DNA from: Felis catus
Taxonomy: Eukaryota
Length of the DNA stretch: 64,000 nt
Reading direction: 5' to 3'
Assembly (NCBI RefSeq): GCF_018350175.1
Contig: NC_058369.1
Location: forward strand, 19,594,001-19,658,000
Of this stretch, positions 50,207 through 62,649 are shown piece by piece. Within the stretch, counting starts at the first letter, position 1, and each line of letters opens with the position of its first letter. The translations under genes and the position numbers were made by a program. Under the pieces are notes generated by a model. The model was given only the letters and a program-made list of their open reading frames with translations, had not been told where the DNA came from and did no database searches.

Positions 50207-50773
50207 GAAACTTAACAGGAACTCATGGGGGAGGGGAAGAAAAAAAAAAAAAGAGGTTAGAGTGGGAGAGAGCCAAAGCATAAGAGACTGTTAAAAACTG
50301 AGAACAAACTGAGGGTTGATGGGGGGTGGGAGGGAGGAGAGGGTGGGTGATGGGTATTGAGGAGGGCACCTTTTGGGATGAGCACTGGGTGTTGTATGGA
50401 AACCAATCTGTCAATAAATTTCATAAAAAAAATAAATAAATAAAAATAAAAAGATCATAAAAAAATAAATAAATAAACCACAACTTCTTTATAGAAATGG
50501 ATTATTTTAAAAAACAATCTGTGACTCTATAACTTTTGGTAGGACTTTACCTGCCTCTAGAAGTGTGTGTATCTGAGGTTGAGGATTTTGAGGTGAAGAG
50601 TTAAGATTTATGATTTACTTTTGTATTCTTTGGGAAATTTGTGAAATTTTAGAGAATAAAAACGTTGTTTTAGTGAAATTAAATTATAATATGGGTAATG
50701 GAAATAAATGAGTTATAGAGTTTATTTTGCGTTTATACAGAAATTCACTTTCAGTTCATGAAAAACTTGTTGA

Positions 50774-51345
50774 GGGGCACCTGGGTGATTCATTTGGTTG
50801 GGTGTCCAACTTTGGCCCAGGTCATGATCTTGTGGTTCGTGAATTTAAGTCCCATATCGAGCTCGCTGCTGCCAGCCCAGAGCTCGCTTCAGACCCTCTG
50901 TTCCCCTCTCTCTGCCCCTCCCCTGCCTGCTGCACTCTCTCAAAAATAAATAAAACATTTAACAAAATTAAAAAACAAACTTGTTGAGAACTTTTTGTGT
51001 TAGGATGAGCTCCTCTTCTTCAAGAATTCATGGTCACATTTAGCATGTTAAGTACAGTAATTCTGGTATGTCTTGTATATTGTGGGTGATACAAGAAAAG
51101 TGTTATTATCTTTACTCTTATAAATAATATTCTTTTAATTTTTTAATAATTTTTTTACTTTTAGAGAAAGAAAGTGTGCATGCATGTGAGGGCAGAGGGG
51201 CAGAGGAAGAGGAGAGAGAGAATCTTAAGCAGGCTCCATGCCCAGGACAGGGCCCAATATTGGGCATGATCTCATGACTCTGAGATCATGACCTGAGCCG
51301 AAATCAAGAGTTGGACATTTAACTGACTGAGCCATCCAGGCATCC
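50774..51345. mobile_element. Two Can-SINEs in inverted orientation (+ 50774-50975; - 51133-51345)
   Basis: SINE bodies with TSDs aaacttgttga and ataaataatattcttt. Confidence 0.85.
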
Positions 51346-51369
51346 TGATAAATAATATTCTTTATTTCA

Positions 51370-52720
51370 ATATGTATTTTGAGCTCCAGATGCAGAAATT
51401 CCAGTATTTATTAGGTATCTACATTTGGGTATCTCACCAGCACATCAGCTACTTACAGTCTCTTTCAGCCTGTTCTTGTTTTAGTACTTTTTTGCCTCAA
51501 TAAATGATACCAGTCATATGAAGCTAGAATTTTGCCAGCCCATATTCAGTTAGTCACCAAGTATTAAGGATTCTAAACATCTCTGGGGGTAAGGGTAGCA
51601 GGCCACCATTATCTCTTTTTGGATTGCTGGATCAGTGTTTTTGATTGGCCTACCTGCATTCAATTTTGGTATTCTTTTCTACTCCCTTCTCTACACTGTA
51701 GCTGCCTGAGTGATTTCACTAAAAACAAATCAGATCTTTTACTCATTTGCTTAAACCCTTTTGTTGCTTCTCTTAGAGTAACATCTGGATTACTCAAAAT
51801 GATTTAGCAGCCCCTTGGACTTTTGGCTCCTGCTTACCTCTCTAGCTTCATTCTTTGTCACCAAGTCATTAATCTGCTATATCGAACTTTTAAGTTGCTT
51901 AAAATGTTGCATGTTCTTTCTAGACTCTGGATCTTGGAGATTTGACCCTGGTTTATTTCTCTTAACTAGATAACTGCAAGTCTCACTCTCTCCAACTGTA
52001 TTCAACCTATCTAACATTTGTTAGTTCTTAAGAAAGTTATGCTTTCTCCTGCTTCTTTGCTCTTTGTGCATGCTGTTCTAACACATTTTTTTTTCCACCC
52101 ATTTTTGTCTTATATTCATCCTTCAGTTTTCAGCTTAAGTTTCCTCAAGGAGGCCTTCCTTGTCCCTAGACCAGGTTCAGTTCCTCTGCTCAATGCACAC
52201 ATTGTACTTTTTATGTACTTTAACATAGCTCTCAACACATTGTATAGGGATTGCTTGTTTTTTCTTCTCCACTAAAGTGTGAGCTCTGAAAGGGTGGCAG
52301 TGAGGTATTTATTTTTTTACTACTGTATCCTCTGCACCTGGCATCTTGCCAGACATATGGAAAATGCTCAGTGTATGTATTGAATGTTGACCAGTGAGTG
52401 ACATAATTAACTTTGCTTGGGTAGGTTAGGGAATATTTCAAAGAGAAGGAAATGCATGGGTTGAGGCTGAAAAATGAATAGAACTTTTCAGGAGGTTGGA
52501 GAGAGAGTGATGAGAGAAAGGGCATTTTGGAGAACATCATTTACAAAGGAGTAAAGGTATAAAAAAGCATGAAGCATAAGGGAACTGATTGCTCATAGTT
52601 CCAACCAGGTCAGGTACAAATTTGAGGAATTGTTGAAAGATGAAGAGATCAAGTCATAGAAGGCCTGATACGCCATATTCATCTGTTGGTATTGGGAACC
52701 ATTCATGTTAAGGAGGGAAT
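51370..52720. mobile_element. L2 remnants
   Basis: Degenerate L2 3' region ending tgctcagtgtatgtattgaatg, followed by an opposite-orientation piece. Confidence 0.6.
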
Positions 52721-53227
52721 TTTATCATCTGCTAAACTCTTACTGTGTCATGGGATTTTTCTTAAAATATATTATCTCATTTAATGCTTACAACAATCTT
52801 CTTTCTGACAACTGAATTTCATCTGGGCTGACTGAAGGCTGCTATCTTATATATCCTGATATATTTGGTGTTTATAATTATATCCTAAGCAGAATCATAT
52901 TCTTGGAAGTCAGGTTTTATGTATTATGCTTCTCTGTATCCCACAGAAAATTTAGGTCAGTGTTGTTATAGTTTTATCTCTTCCTCCAGTTTTGGTATAG
53001 TCTTATCAGTGCTTTTTTTAAAATGCCTCTCAGTTGAGCACAGCATACCAGATGTAATGTGATCATTTATTTTACAGTAGACTAGAGCTTTTATTGTCTG
53101 TGTTCTGTGCCCTGAGCTCTTTGTTGATGAAATTGACAACGACATTGACATTTTTTCTGGAGTAGCCATTTTGTATTGTTTGTTTGTGTTAAGTCACCAA
53201 ATCTAACCAAGATTTTCACATGAAGTA

Positions 53228-54674
53228 CTTTTTTTTTTTTTTTTTTTTTTTTAACGTAAGCTCTACATCCAACATGGCACTTGAATTCCAGACCCCGAGA
53301 TCAAGAGTTTCATGCTGTATCGACTGAGCCAGCCAGGCATCCTGAAGTACTTTTAAGAACTTTTGTATTTGTTTAAGTGATGTTTTGGAGCATAAATTAG
53401 GGATTTCCATCTTTCTTCCTTTTAGGGATTTCCATCTTTATTCCTACTAAACTTCATTCTGTTGGTTTTAGCCTTGAATTCTGACTTATTTATCTATTTG
53501 GATATCTATCTATCTATCCATCTATCTATATCTACACACACACGTTTATGTATTTATTTTGAGAGAGAGAGAGAGAGAGAGCAAGAGCAAGCAAGCATGC
53601 TCATGTCCACTAGCAGCGGGAGGGGCAGAGAGAGAGGGAAGAGAGAATCCCAAGCAGTCTCTGCCCTGTCAGCACAGAGCTGGATGTGGGGCTCGAACCC
53701 ATGAACTGTGAGATCATGACCTGAGCCAAAATCAAGAGTCAGATGCTCAACTGACTGAGCCACCTAAGCACCCCAGATATTTTTTAACTCATATATTTAA
53801 ATAGCTAATAGATGGCTTAAAAATCTCAAGATATAAAGGGCTATACAATATTGTGGTTTCCCTTGACCACCCAGTCCTTCACTCTTTCCACAGTTGTTCT
53901 TTATGTATTCTCTCAGAGTTTCTATATGCATATACAGTATAAGCAAATATTAATGTGTATTCTTATTTTTAAATATTTTTGTGCACATAAAATGCATGTT
54001 ATACTTACTATACTTAGTGTTTAGCACTCTTCCCTCCTATCCCAACTTAGTGTTTCTTGAAGATATTTCCAAATAGTCCATAGAGAGCTTTCTTATTTTT
54101 AAAAAATGTTTATTTATTTTGAAAGAGAGTGGGGAGGGAGCATCAAGAGAGAAGAAGAGAGCGAGTCCCAAGCAGGCTCTGCATTGTCAGTGTGAAGCCT
54201 GCCACAGAACTTGATCTCAGGACTGTGAGATCATGACCTGAGCCAAAATCAAGAGTCAGATGCTTAACCCACTGAGCCACCCAGGTACCCTGAGAGCCTC
54301 CTTTTCTTTTCTTTTCTTTTCTTTTCTTTTCTTTTCTTTTCTTTTCTTTTCTTTTCTTTTCTTTTCTTTTCTTTTTTCTTTTCTTTCTTTCTTTCTTTCT
54401 TTTCTTTCTTTCTCTTTTAACTTTTTTTTAATGTTTATTTAAGAAAAAAATTTTAATGTTTATTTTTGAGAGAGCGTGAACACGTGTGCACGCACACATG
54501 AGTGGGGGAGGGGCAGAGAGGGAGGGAGACCCAGAATTCGAAGCAGGCTCCAGGCTCTAAGCTGTCAACATAGAGCCCCACGTGGGGCCCGAACTCACGG
54601 GCTGTGAGATCATGACCTGAGCCAAAGTCAGATGCTCAACCGACTGAGCCACCCAGGCGCCCCTAATGTTTATT

Positions 54675-54715
<41 letters not shown>

Positions 54716-55805
54716 ACAGGTGAAGGGCAGAGAGAAAGAGGGAGACACAGAATCTGAAGCAGGCTTCAGGCTCTAAGCTGTCAGCAGCACAGAGCCTGAC
54801 ACAGGGCTCGAACCCATGAACCATGAGTTCATGACCTGAGCCAAAGTCAGACGTTTAACCAACCAACCCACCCAGGTGTCCCTCTTTTTTTTTTTTTTTT
54901 TTTTTTAATGTATGGCATCTTTTTCTTTCTTTCTTTTTTTAAGTTTATTTTTGAGAGAGAGAGAGTGCATGAATGTGCAAGTTGGGGAGGGGTAGAGAGA
55001 GAGGGAGAGAGAGAGGATCCCAAGCAGGTTCTGCACTATCTATGCAGAGCCTGATGTGGGGCTCAAACTCACGAAGTGTGAGATCATGACCTGAACAGAA
55101 ATCAAGAGTCAACTGAGCTACTAGGGTGCCCCAAAAGCTTTTCTATTTTTAAAATGTGCAGGGTATTCTAGTTTATGGATATGCCATAATCCATTAATCA
55201 GTCCTTTATTAACGGATATTTGAACTATTTACATTTTTCACTAATCTGTGTTATAGGGATTGACCTTGAATGTACTTGTCAACCTTCATTTACACTTGTG
55301 CAAGTGTATCTGTAGGATAGACCATAAATGTTAGAGATGTTAAGTCTGTGGGTAAATGCATTTGCCCTTCAGTGGTGGTTCACATTTTTTTCTATATAGA
55401 TCTTGCATTATTTTCTAAGTTTTCTAAGTTTGTTCCTATTTATCCTTTTGTTTGCTTTTGTAAATGAGATCTTTTTTATTGTATTTCTATTGATTGTATA
55501 TGTTTATTTATATTTGTGTATATATACACATATGGACACAATTTTAGTCTTATTTTCATTTTGTTTTTTTAGTTTATTTTGTTGGTTTTCTGAGTATGTA
55601 AAATCACTTACAGAATAGATTTTCTTGTTTTCCCACACCAAATTTTATTTTATTTTTTATTTATTTTTTTAAATTTGGGAGAGAGAGAGAGGGAGGGAGG
55701 GAGGGAGGGAGGGAGGGAGGGAGGGAGGGAGGGAGGAAGGAACAGAGAGAGAGGGAGAGAAAGAATCCCAAGCAGGCTCCACACTTTTCATGTAGAGTGC
55801 AACGT
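53228..55805 (-). mobile_element. Dense cluster of about seven antisense Can-SINEs, including a short form (53228-53342) and a SINE nested in a SINE (54450-54663)
   Basis: Repeated SINE bodies; TSD tgaagtactttt around the short form. Confidence 0.85.
54301..54418. repeat. (CTTTT)n/(CTTT)n tract
   Basis: Seen directly. Confidence 0.95.
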
Positions 55806-56032
55806 ATTTTATCCATATTTATGCTTTATTAAATTTATTTAATGTTTATTGTCAGTTCTTTTTGTGAAGTTTTCTCAGAATTTCATCCTCTGATACTTTC
55901 CTCAGCAAAGAATCATGGACAAGAATTTTTGGTTGTTTAGAACACATTTGTAACTTTTATACTTTAACTTTGTACTTTAAGGACACCTTGGTGGCATAGA
56001 ACATACTTTGCCTACACTTTATTTCCTTTAGT

Positions 56033-56039
56033 TTCTCTT

Positions 56040-56088
<49 letters not shown>

Positions 56089-56099
56089 TGTTTTCTTTC

Positions 56100-56151
<52 letters not shown>

Positions 56152-56173
56152 TTCTTTCTTTCTTTCTTTTTTC
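56033..56173. repeat. (CT)n-(CTTT)n polypyrimidine tract
   Basis: Seen directly. Confidence 0.95.
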
Positions 56174-56749
56174 TGTGTAGTGGTGATTTTATTGGTATAG
56201 AATACATTTCCAAGGATGGAATGTCAGGTTCAAAGACTCTATGTATTTTTAATTTATAGATGTTGTTACATGACTCTTCAAAAAGGCCATAACAATTTAC
56301 ATTTCTAGCACAATGTATGGAAGTGCCCATTTCTTGCATCCCAGCCAGCAATAAATATTATCTGTCCTTTGAATTTTTTTTCTTGTTTGAAAACTGGGAA
56401 GTGATTTCTCACTGCTATTTCAATTTGCATTTTCCTAATTAATTTGCATTTGGATTTGATCTTGTTTTTGTTGGATACTTGCATTTGTATTCTATGTGCA
56501 TGCATGTATTGATGCTTTTTCTCCCCCTTTTTCTTTTGGGTCTTTTGTTCCACTCTTGCCAATATTTAAGAGCTCTAGATACATTAGAATATTATTTCTT
56601 TGTCTGTCATTAGCCTTACAATTGTTTTTTAAACTGTCATTTCTCTATTAACTTTGTTTATGCCATTTGTTACAGCTATTCATATATAGTCAATACGATT
56701 TCTCACTGTCTCCAGAATATATGTGTAACCGTCTAAATTTATTTTTTTC

Positions 56750-58420
56750 CACAGTTTTATTATTTATTTATTTTTAAATTTACATCCAAGTTAGTTAGCA
56801 TATAGTGCAACAATGATTTCAGGAGTAGATTCCTTAATTCCCCTTACCCAGTTAGCCCATCTCCCTTCCCACAACCCGTCCAGTAACCCTCTGTTTGTTC
56901 TCCGTATTTAAAAGTCTCTTAGGTTTTATCCCCCTCCCTGTTTTTATATTATTTTTGCTTGCCTTCCCTTATGTTCGTCTGTTTTGTATCTTAAAGTCCT
57001 CATATGAGTGAAGTCATATGATATTTGTCTTTCTCTGACTGACTAATTTCGCTTAGCATAATAGCCTCTAGTTCCATCCATGTAGGTGCAAATGGCAAGA
57101 TTTCATTCTTTTTGATTGCCGAGTAGTGCTTTGGCTATTGTTGATAGTGCTGCTATAAACATTGGGGTGCATGTGCCCCTTCGAAACAGATAAATACCTA
57201 CTAGTGCAATTGCTGGGTTGTAGGGTAGTTCTATTTTTAATATTTTGGGGAACCTCCATACTGTATGCCAGAGTGGCTGCACCAGTTTGCATTCCCACCA
57301 GCATTGCCAAAGAGATCCACTTTCTCCACATCCTTGCCAACATCTATTGTTGCCTGAGTTGTTAATGTTAGCCATTCTGACAGGTGTGAGGTGGTATCTT
57401 ATTGTTTTTTTTTTAATATGAAGTTTATTGTCAAATTGGTTTCTATACAACACCCAGTGCTCATCCCAACAGGTGCCCTCCTCAGTACCCATCCCCCACC
57501 CCCCCCTTCCTCCCATCCCCCATCAACCCTCAGATTGTTCTCAGTTTTTAAGAGTCTCATGGTTTGGCTCCCTCCCTCTCTAACTTTTTTTTTCCCTTCC
57601 CCTCCCCCATGGTCTTCTGTTAAGTTTCTCAGGATCCACATAAGATGTTTATAGCAGCACTTTGAACAATAGCCAAATTACGGAAAGAGCCTAAATGTCC
57701 ATCAACTGATGAATGGATAAAGAAATTTTGGCTTATATACACAATGGAATACTGTGTGGCAATGAGAAAGAATGAAATCTGGCCATTTGTAGCAACGTGG
57801 ATGGAACTGGAGAGTGTTATGCTAAGTGAAATAAGTCATACAGAGAAAGACAGATACCATATGTTTTCATTGTGGTTTTGATTTGTATTTCCCTGATGGT
57901 GAGTGATGTTGAGCATTTTTTCATGTGTTGGTTGGCCATCTGGATGTTTTCTTTGGAGAAATGTCTATTCATGTCTTCTGCCAGTTTCTTCACTGGATTT
58001 TTTGTTTTTCGGGTGTGGAGTTTGGTGAGTTCTTTATAGATTTTGGATACTAGCCCTTTGTCCGATATGTCACTTGCAAATATCTTTTCCCATTCCGTCG
58101 GTTGCCTTTTCATTTTGTTGATTGTTTCCTTTGAAGTGCAGCAGCTTTTTATCTTGATGAGGTCCCAATAGTTCATTTTTGCTTTTAATTCCCTTGCCTT
58201 TGGAGATGTGTCAAGTAAGAAATTGCTGTGGCTGAGGTCAGAGGTTTTTTCTTGCTTTCTCCTCTAGTGTTTTGATGGTTTCCTGTCTCACAGTCAGGTT
58301 CTTTATCCATTTTGAGTTTATTTTTGTGAGTGGTGTAAGAAAGTGGTCTAGTTTCATTCTTCTGAATGTTGTTATCCAGTTCTCCCAGCATCATTTGTTA
58401 AAGAGACTGTTTTTTTCTTT
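56750..58420 (-). mobile_element. L1 3' fragment with internal deletions, hosting an inverted L1
   Basis: Minus-strand ORF2 peptides ([17 protein letters not shown]). Confidence 0.88.
57406..57868 (-). mobile_element. 5'-inverted (twin-primed) L1 insertion
   Basis: 57406-57645 is antisense 3' end; 57646-57869 is the adjacent ORF2 segment in the opposite orientation; short TSD attgt. Confidence 0.85.
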
Positions 58421-58535
58421 TTAAAGTTTTTGAAGTCCAGTAAAATTTCTAAGCTACATCTTACTCTGAGCATTCTGTAGTACTGTTTCTTGGCACAAAG
58501 TGTGTGTTTCAATATTTACCTTAAAAATCTTTATT

Positions 58536-58710
58536 GGGGCACCTGGGTGGCTCAGTCGGTTAAGCATCTGACTCTTGATTTTGGCTCAGGTCATGATCTC
58601 ACAGTTCGTGCGTTCTAGCCCCACTGTCTGTGCTGACAGTGCAGAGCCTGCTTGAGATTCTCTCCCTCTTTCCCTCTCTGCCCCTCCTCTGCTCTCTCTC
58701 TCCAATCAAT
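58536..58710 (+). mobile_element. Can-SINE
   Basis: ggggcacctgggtggctcagtcggttaag head. Confidence 0.85.
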
Positions 58711-58739
58711 CTTTTTCACACCCCCCCACAGGAAAACTT

Positions 58740-61700
58740 TCCCAAATTATATCTTTATAATTATATTCCTAAATTACATCTTTCTTTGTTTTGTGTTAGT
58801 TATTTCAGTTAGGCATATATTGGATTCCTTTTGCTGTTTCTCTAGCTGTACTTTTCCCTTTAATTCTATTTCAAATTTGTGGGTTGATGTTTTTAATCAG
58901 TTTTAGAAAGATGTCAAGCGTTACCTTTTGAATATTACTATTTTTCCCTCTCTTTTAGTGGGTACTAGTTGTCAGCTTCTTAGGCCTTTTGAATAAGTTC
59001 CACATGTCTATTATATACTTCTTGTTTCTTCCCCATTCTTTTCCTCTCTGTTTCAGTTTAGGTATTTTCTGTTGATCTCTCTTCAGTTTAATTCTGTGTT
59101 CTGGTGTGTTCAATCTTTTTTTTTTAAGGTTTAATTTTATTTTTGAGAGAGAGAGAGAGAAAGAGCGAGCGTGAGCAAGCTAGCTGGGGAGGGGCAAAGA
59201 GAGAGGGAGACACAGAATCTGAATCAGGCTCCAGGCTCTGAGCTGTCAGCACAGAGCCCAGTGTGGGGCTTGAACTCACAAACCATGAGACCATGACCTC
59301 AGCCGAAGTCCGATGCTTAAGCGACTGAGCCACCCGGGCACCCCCTGTGTTCAATCTTCTTATAAACTCCTGTTGAGTGCTTTATTTCAGTTATAGAATT
59401 TTTCATTGTTAGAAATCATATTTGATTAGTTTTTATAGATTCTAGTCCTCGTTGAATATCTGAAACATTATTTATTTTATATATTTTTTCTGAATTTTCT
59501 TTTTATTTATTTAAAATATTTTTAATGTTTATTTTTGATAGACACAGAGCACGAATGGGGGAGGGGCAGAGAGGGGGAGACACAGAATCATAAGCAGGCT
59601 CTAGGCTCTGAGCTGTCAGGCCATGAGATCATGGCCTGAGCCGAAGTCAGTCGCTTAACCGACTAAGCCACCCAGGCACCCCTGAATTTTCTTTAAAAAA
59701 AAAAAGTTTATTTTTGAGAAAGTGCGAGAATGCACAAGCAGGAGAGGGGCAGTGAAAGAGGGGGACAGAAGATCTGAAGCGAGTTCTGTGCCGACAGCAG
59801 AGAGCCTGATGTGGCGCTTGAACTCACAAACCATGAGATCGTGACCTGAGCCAAAGTCAGATACTTACCCCACTGAGCCACCCAGGGGCCCCTCTTAATT
59901 TTCTTTAACCTACTAATCATAGTTTTTAAAAAAATCCTATTTGGTTAGTACAGTATTTGGATCATCTGTGAATCTTCTATTATCTAGTTTTTCCTCTTGA
60001 TTATTGGTTATATTTTTTGTCCCACTGCATGTCTAGCAAGTTTTTATTGTATGATGGACATTGCATATAAAAGAATAGTACAGACTCCAGATACAATCTT
60101 CTACGGGAGAGTGTTTCTGTCAGTCCAGTCAGGGATTTCAGTAGTTAGATCTGTGTTGCAGTTTTAGTAAGAGTTGGGTCTAGCTCCCCCTTATGGTAAA
60201 ACCTTCCTGAGCTTTTTTATTTGAGAGACTGGTAGATCATGGTCTTTGTGAGTCCTGAAATGCTGTAGAAGTTTAATTTATGTCATTGAGAGGTTTTTGT
60301 CTTAGCACACCACTAAATTTGGCAAATTCCTTTGGGTAAGACTAGTTTTCTATTTGAAGCCTGTCCTTTCCTTTGGCAAGTGTTTATTTCTAAAACACTG
60401 TGAAACTTCAGGAAATTTCATTCTCCCATAGAGACATTTCAGCACTTCTTTGTAATTCTCTATATATCTCCAGAATTTAGCAGATCCTGTGGGGTCATGT
60501 GTTTGAGCCCTGTCAAATTTCCAATTTATTACACCAGTCCCTTGTAACTACTAAATGCTTTGCTGGTTTCTTTTTGTTTTGTTTCAATAGCAACTCTTTG
60601 TCTGGAACAAACCCAAACTTCAACCTATATACATAATTGGCACATGCTCTGAAGGAAGAAAAACAGCTGGCATTTGTCATCTTACCTTGGACTGTTTCTC
60701 TCTTCTTTGGAATTTTAGGTCATCTGGTGTTTGTTGTTTCCACAGTTTTCTAATGCCTTTGGAAATATGATATTTGTGATTTATTTAGCTTTTTCTAATT
60801 GTTATGGGAATGTTAGCCTGCTGTTACTACACATTAACTGTATTGCAATTTACATTTTGTGTTCACTTTTCTAATTTCTATCCTCTACCTTTTACTATGC
60901 ATTCTGTAATTCTGTGGTGCTTATTTTTTCTTGTGCCTCTTTTAATTTTGTCTTCATTTCTGTTACTTTTTTTTCTTTTCTCTTTTCTTGAGCTGTGTAA
61001 ATTTTTTTCTCATTTTTTTCTGTTGTCCTAACATCTCTTTCTTGAGTTCTTGTACTTATGCTTTGTGGTCCTTTTTCATAGAGGCTTTATTATGTTTTTT
61101 AATGGTGAAATGCTTGATCACAACTTTTATCTTCTCCAGTGTAAAGTGATGGATATTCCTTGTCTGTTGGTAAATTTTGCTGCTCTTGTCCACTATTTTT
61201 CATTTCGTATTTTAATGGCAATGCTATTCTGGTTGTTTTTTAAACACACTTTTATTGAGGTATAATTCACACACAAATTGTATATATTTAGAGTGTGCCG
61301 TGTGATACATTTTGATATATGTATGTATAATATTTAACTGTAAATATATATGTATTATGTTTCTAATTATAATATATATTTATAATTATGTTTCTAATTA
61401 TGATGTTATATTTATAATTATAAACTCATCACCACAGTCATGATAATGAACATATCAGTTACTCTCAAAAGTTTCCTAGTTCCTTTTGTAATCCCTCTCT
61501 CTTGTCTTTCTCTCACCCATTCTTAGGCAACCCTGCTCTACTCTGTGTCATTATAGATTAACTTGCATTTCTAGAATTGTATATAAATGGAATCAAAAGC
61601 ATGCATTTAACTTTTGGTATGACTTTTTTTGGTTAGTTTATTTATTTATTTTGAGAGAGAGAGAGAGAGTGTGTGTGTACAGGAGGGAGAGAGAGAGAGG

Positions 61701-61930
61701 GAGAGAATCCCAAGCACCCTCTTCACTGTCAGCATAGAGCCTGATCAATGGCTTGAACTCATGAAATGGGAGATCATGACGTGAGCCAAAATCAAGAGCC
61801 ATACACGTAACTGACTGAGCCACCCAGGTGCCTTGGTCTGACTTTTTTTACTCAGAATAATTATTTTGGGATTCATTCATGTTGCATATCTCAACAGTTT
61901 TTTTTTCCTTTTTATAACTGAGTAGTAATG
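58740..61930 (-). mobile_element. Ancient L1M-type fragments with inserted SINEs (~59116-59345, 59515-59682, 59695-59891, 61637-61832)
   Basis: T-rich degenerate antisense L1-like sequence; L1 3' end motif near 61245-61320. Confidence 0.55.
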
Positions 61931-62649
61931 TTAAACATTAAATTACAGAGAGACACAAATATTTTCTAAGACCAAATAGACTCATAACTGGCTGCTTTTA
62001 TCCCAGGGGAATGGTGGGAGGAGGTGAGAAACTGTCACATATAGGATAGAAGTCAACTGAACTTTCAGAGAACTTTTGATGATTGATCAGAATCTTGAAG
62101 ACCTCCAGTCACAGAGCAAGTTTGCACTCACCTGCTAGTCATTTTCCACTGCGTCTTCACTTAGTTTGGGGTGGGAGTGTGCCAGAGGCTGAGAAAAGGG
62201 CAGGGGGACTGTGAGGAAACCCCCAAGATTCATGGAGTCTTTACCAAGTGAATGGAAGTGATGTGCCAGTGGTTGGGAATAGGGCATGAAAGTGAGAGAG
62301 ATCTCCCTGAGATAAATGAGCACTTTATTGGGAGCATAGCAGCAGCTGCTGAAAACTGGGAGAAGGCAGGTGGGTACAAAGTGATTTCCCAAGATATAAA
62401 AACCAAGGTGCCTAAGAGGCTGGTAGCTTGGCTGTAAATCAGAGAGAGAGAGGCTGAATGAGATCGAGATCTTCTGTGGCATATGAAGCAGAGACATTTC
62501 TTGTGGTTCAGCTGGGCTGGAAAGTCATAGACCTTAAAAATCTTGCTAGTGCTCAAATCTCTAATCTTGCTGAAGAAAAAGTTATGATTCTCTATCCAAA
62601 CATTTGTGAAACAGTGGTGAGCTAAATTAAAATAGTTGAAATAAATCAA

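Larger units (their letters stand above)
44518..50472 (+). mobile_element. Full-length felid LINE-1
   Basis: CpG-rich 5'UTR, ORF1, ORF2, G-rich 3'UTR, AATAAA and A-rich tail; perfect 16-bp TSD ataaaccacaacttct at 44502-44517 and 50473-50488. Confidence 0.97.
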
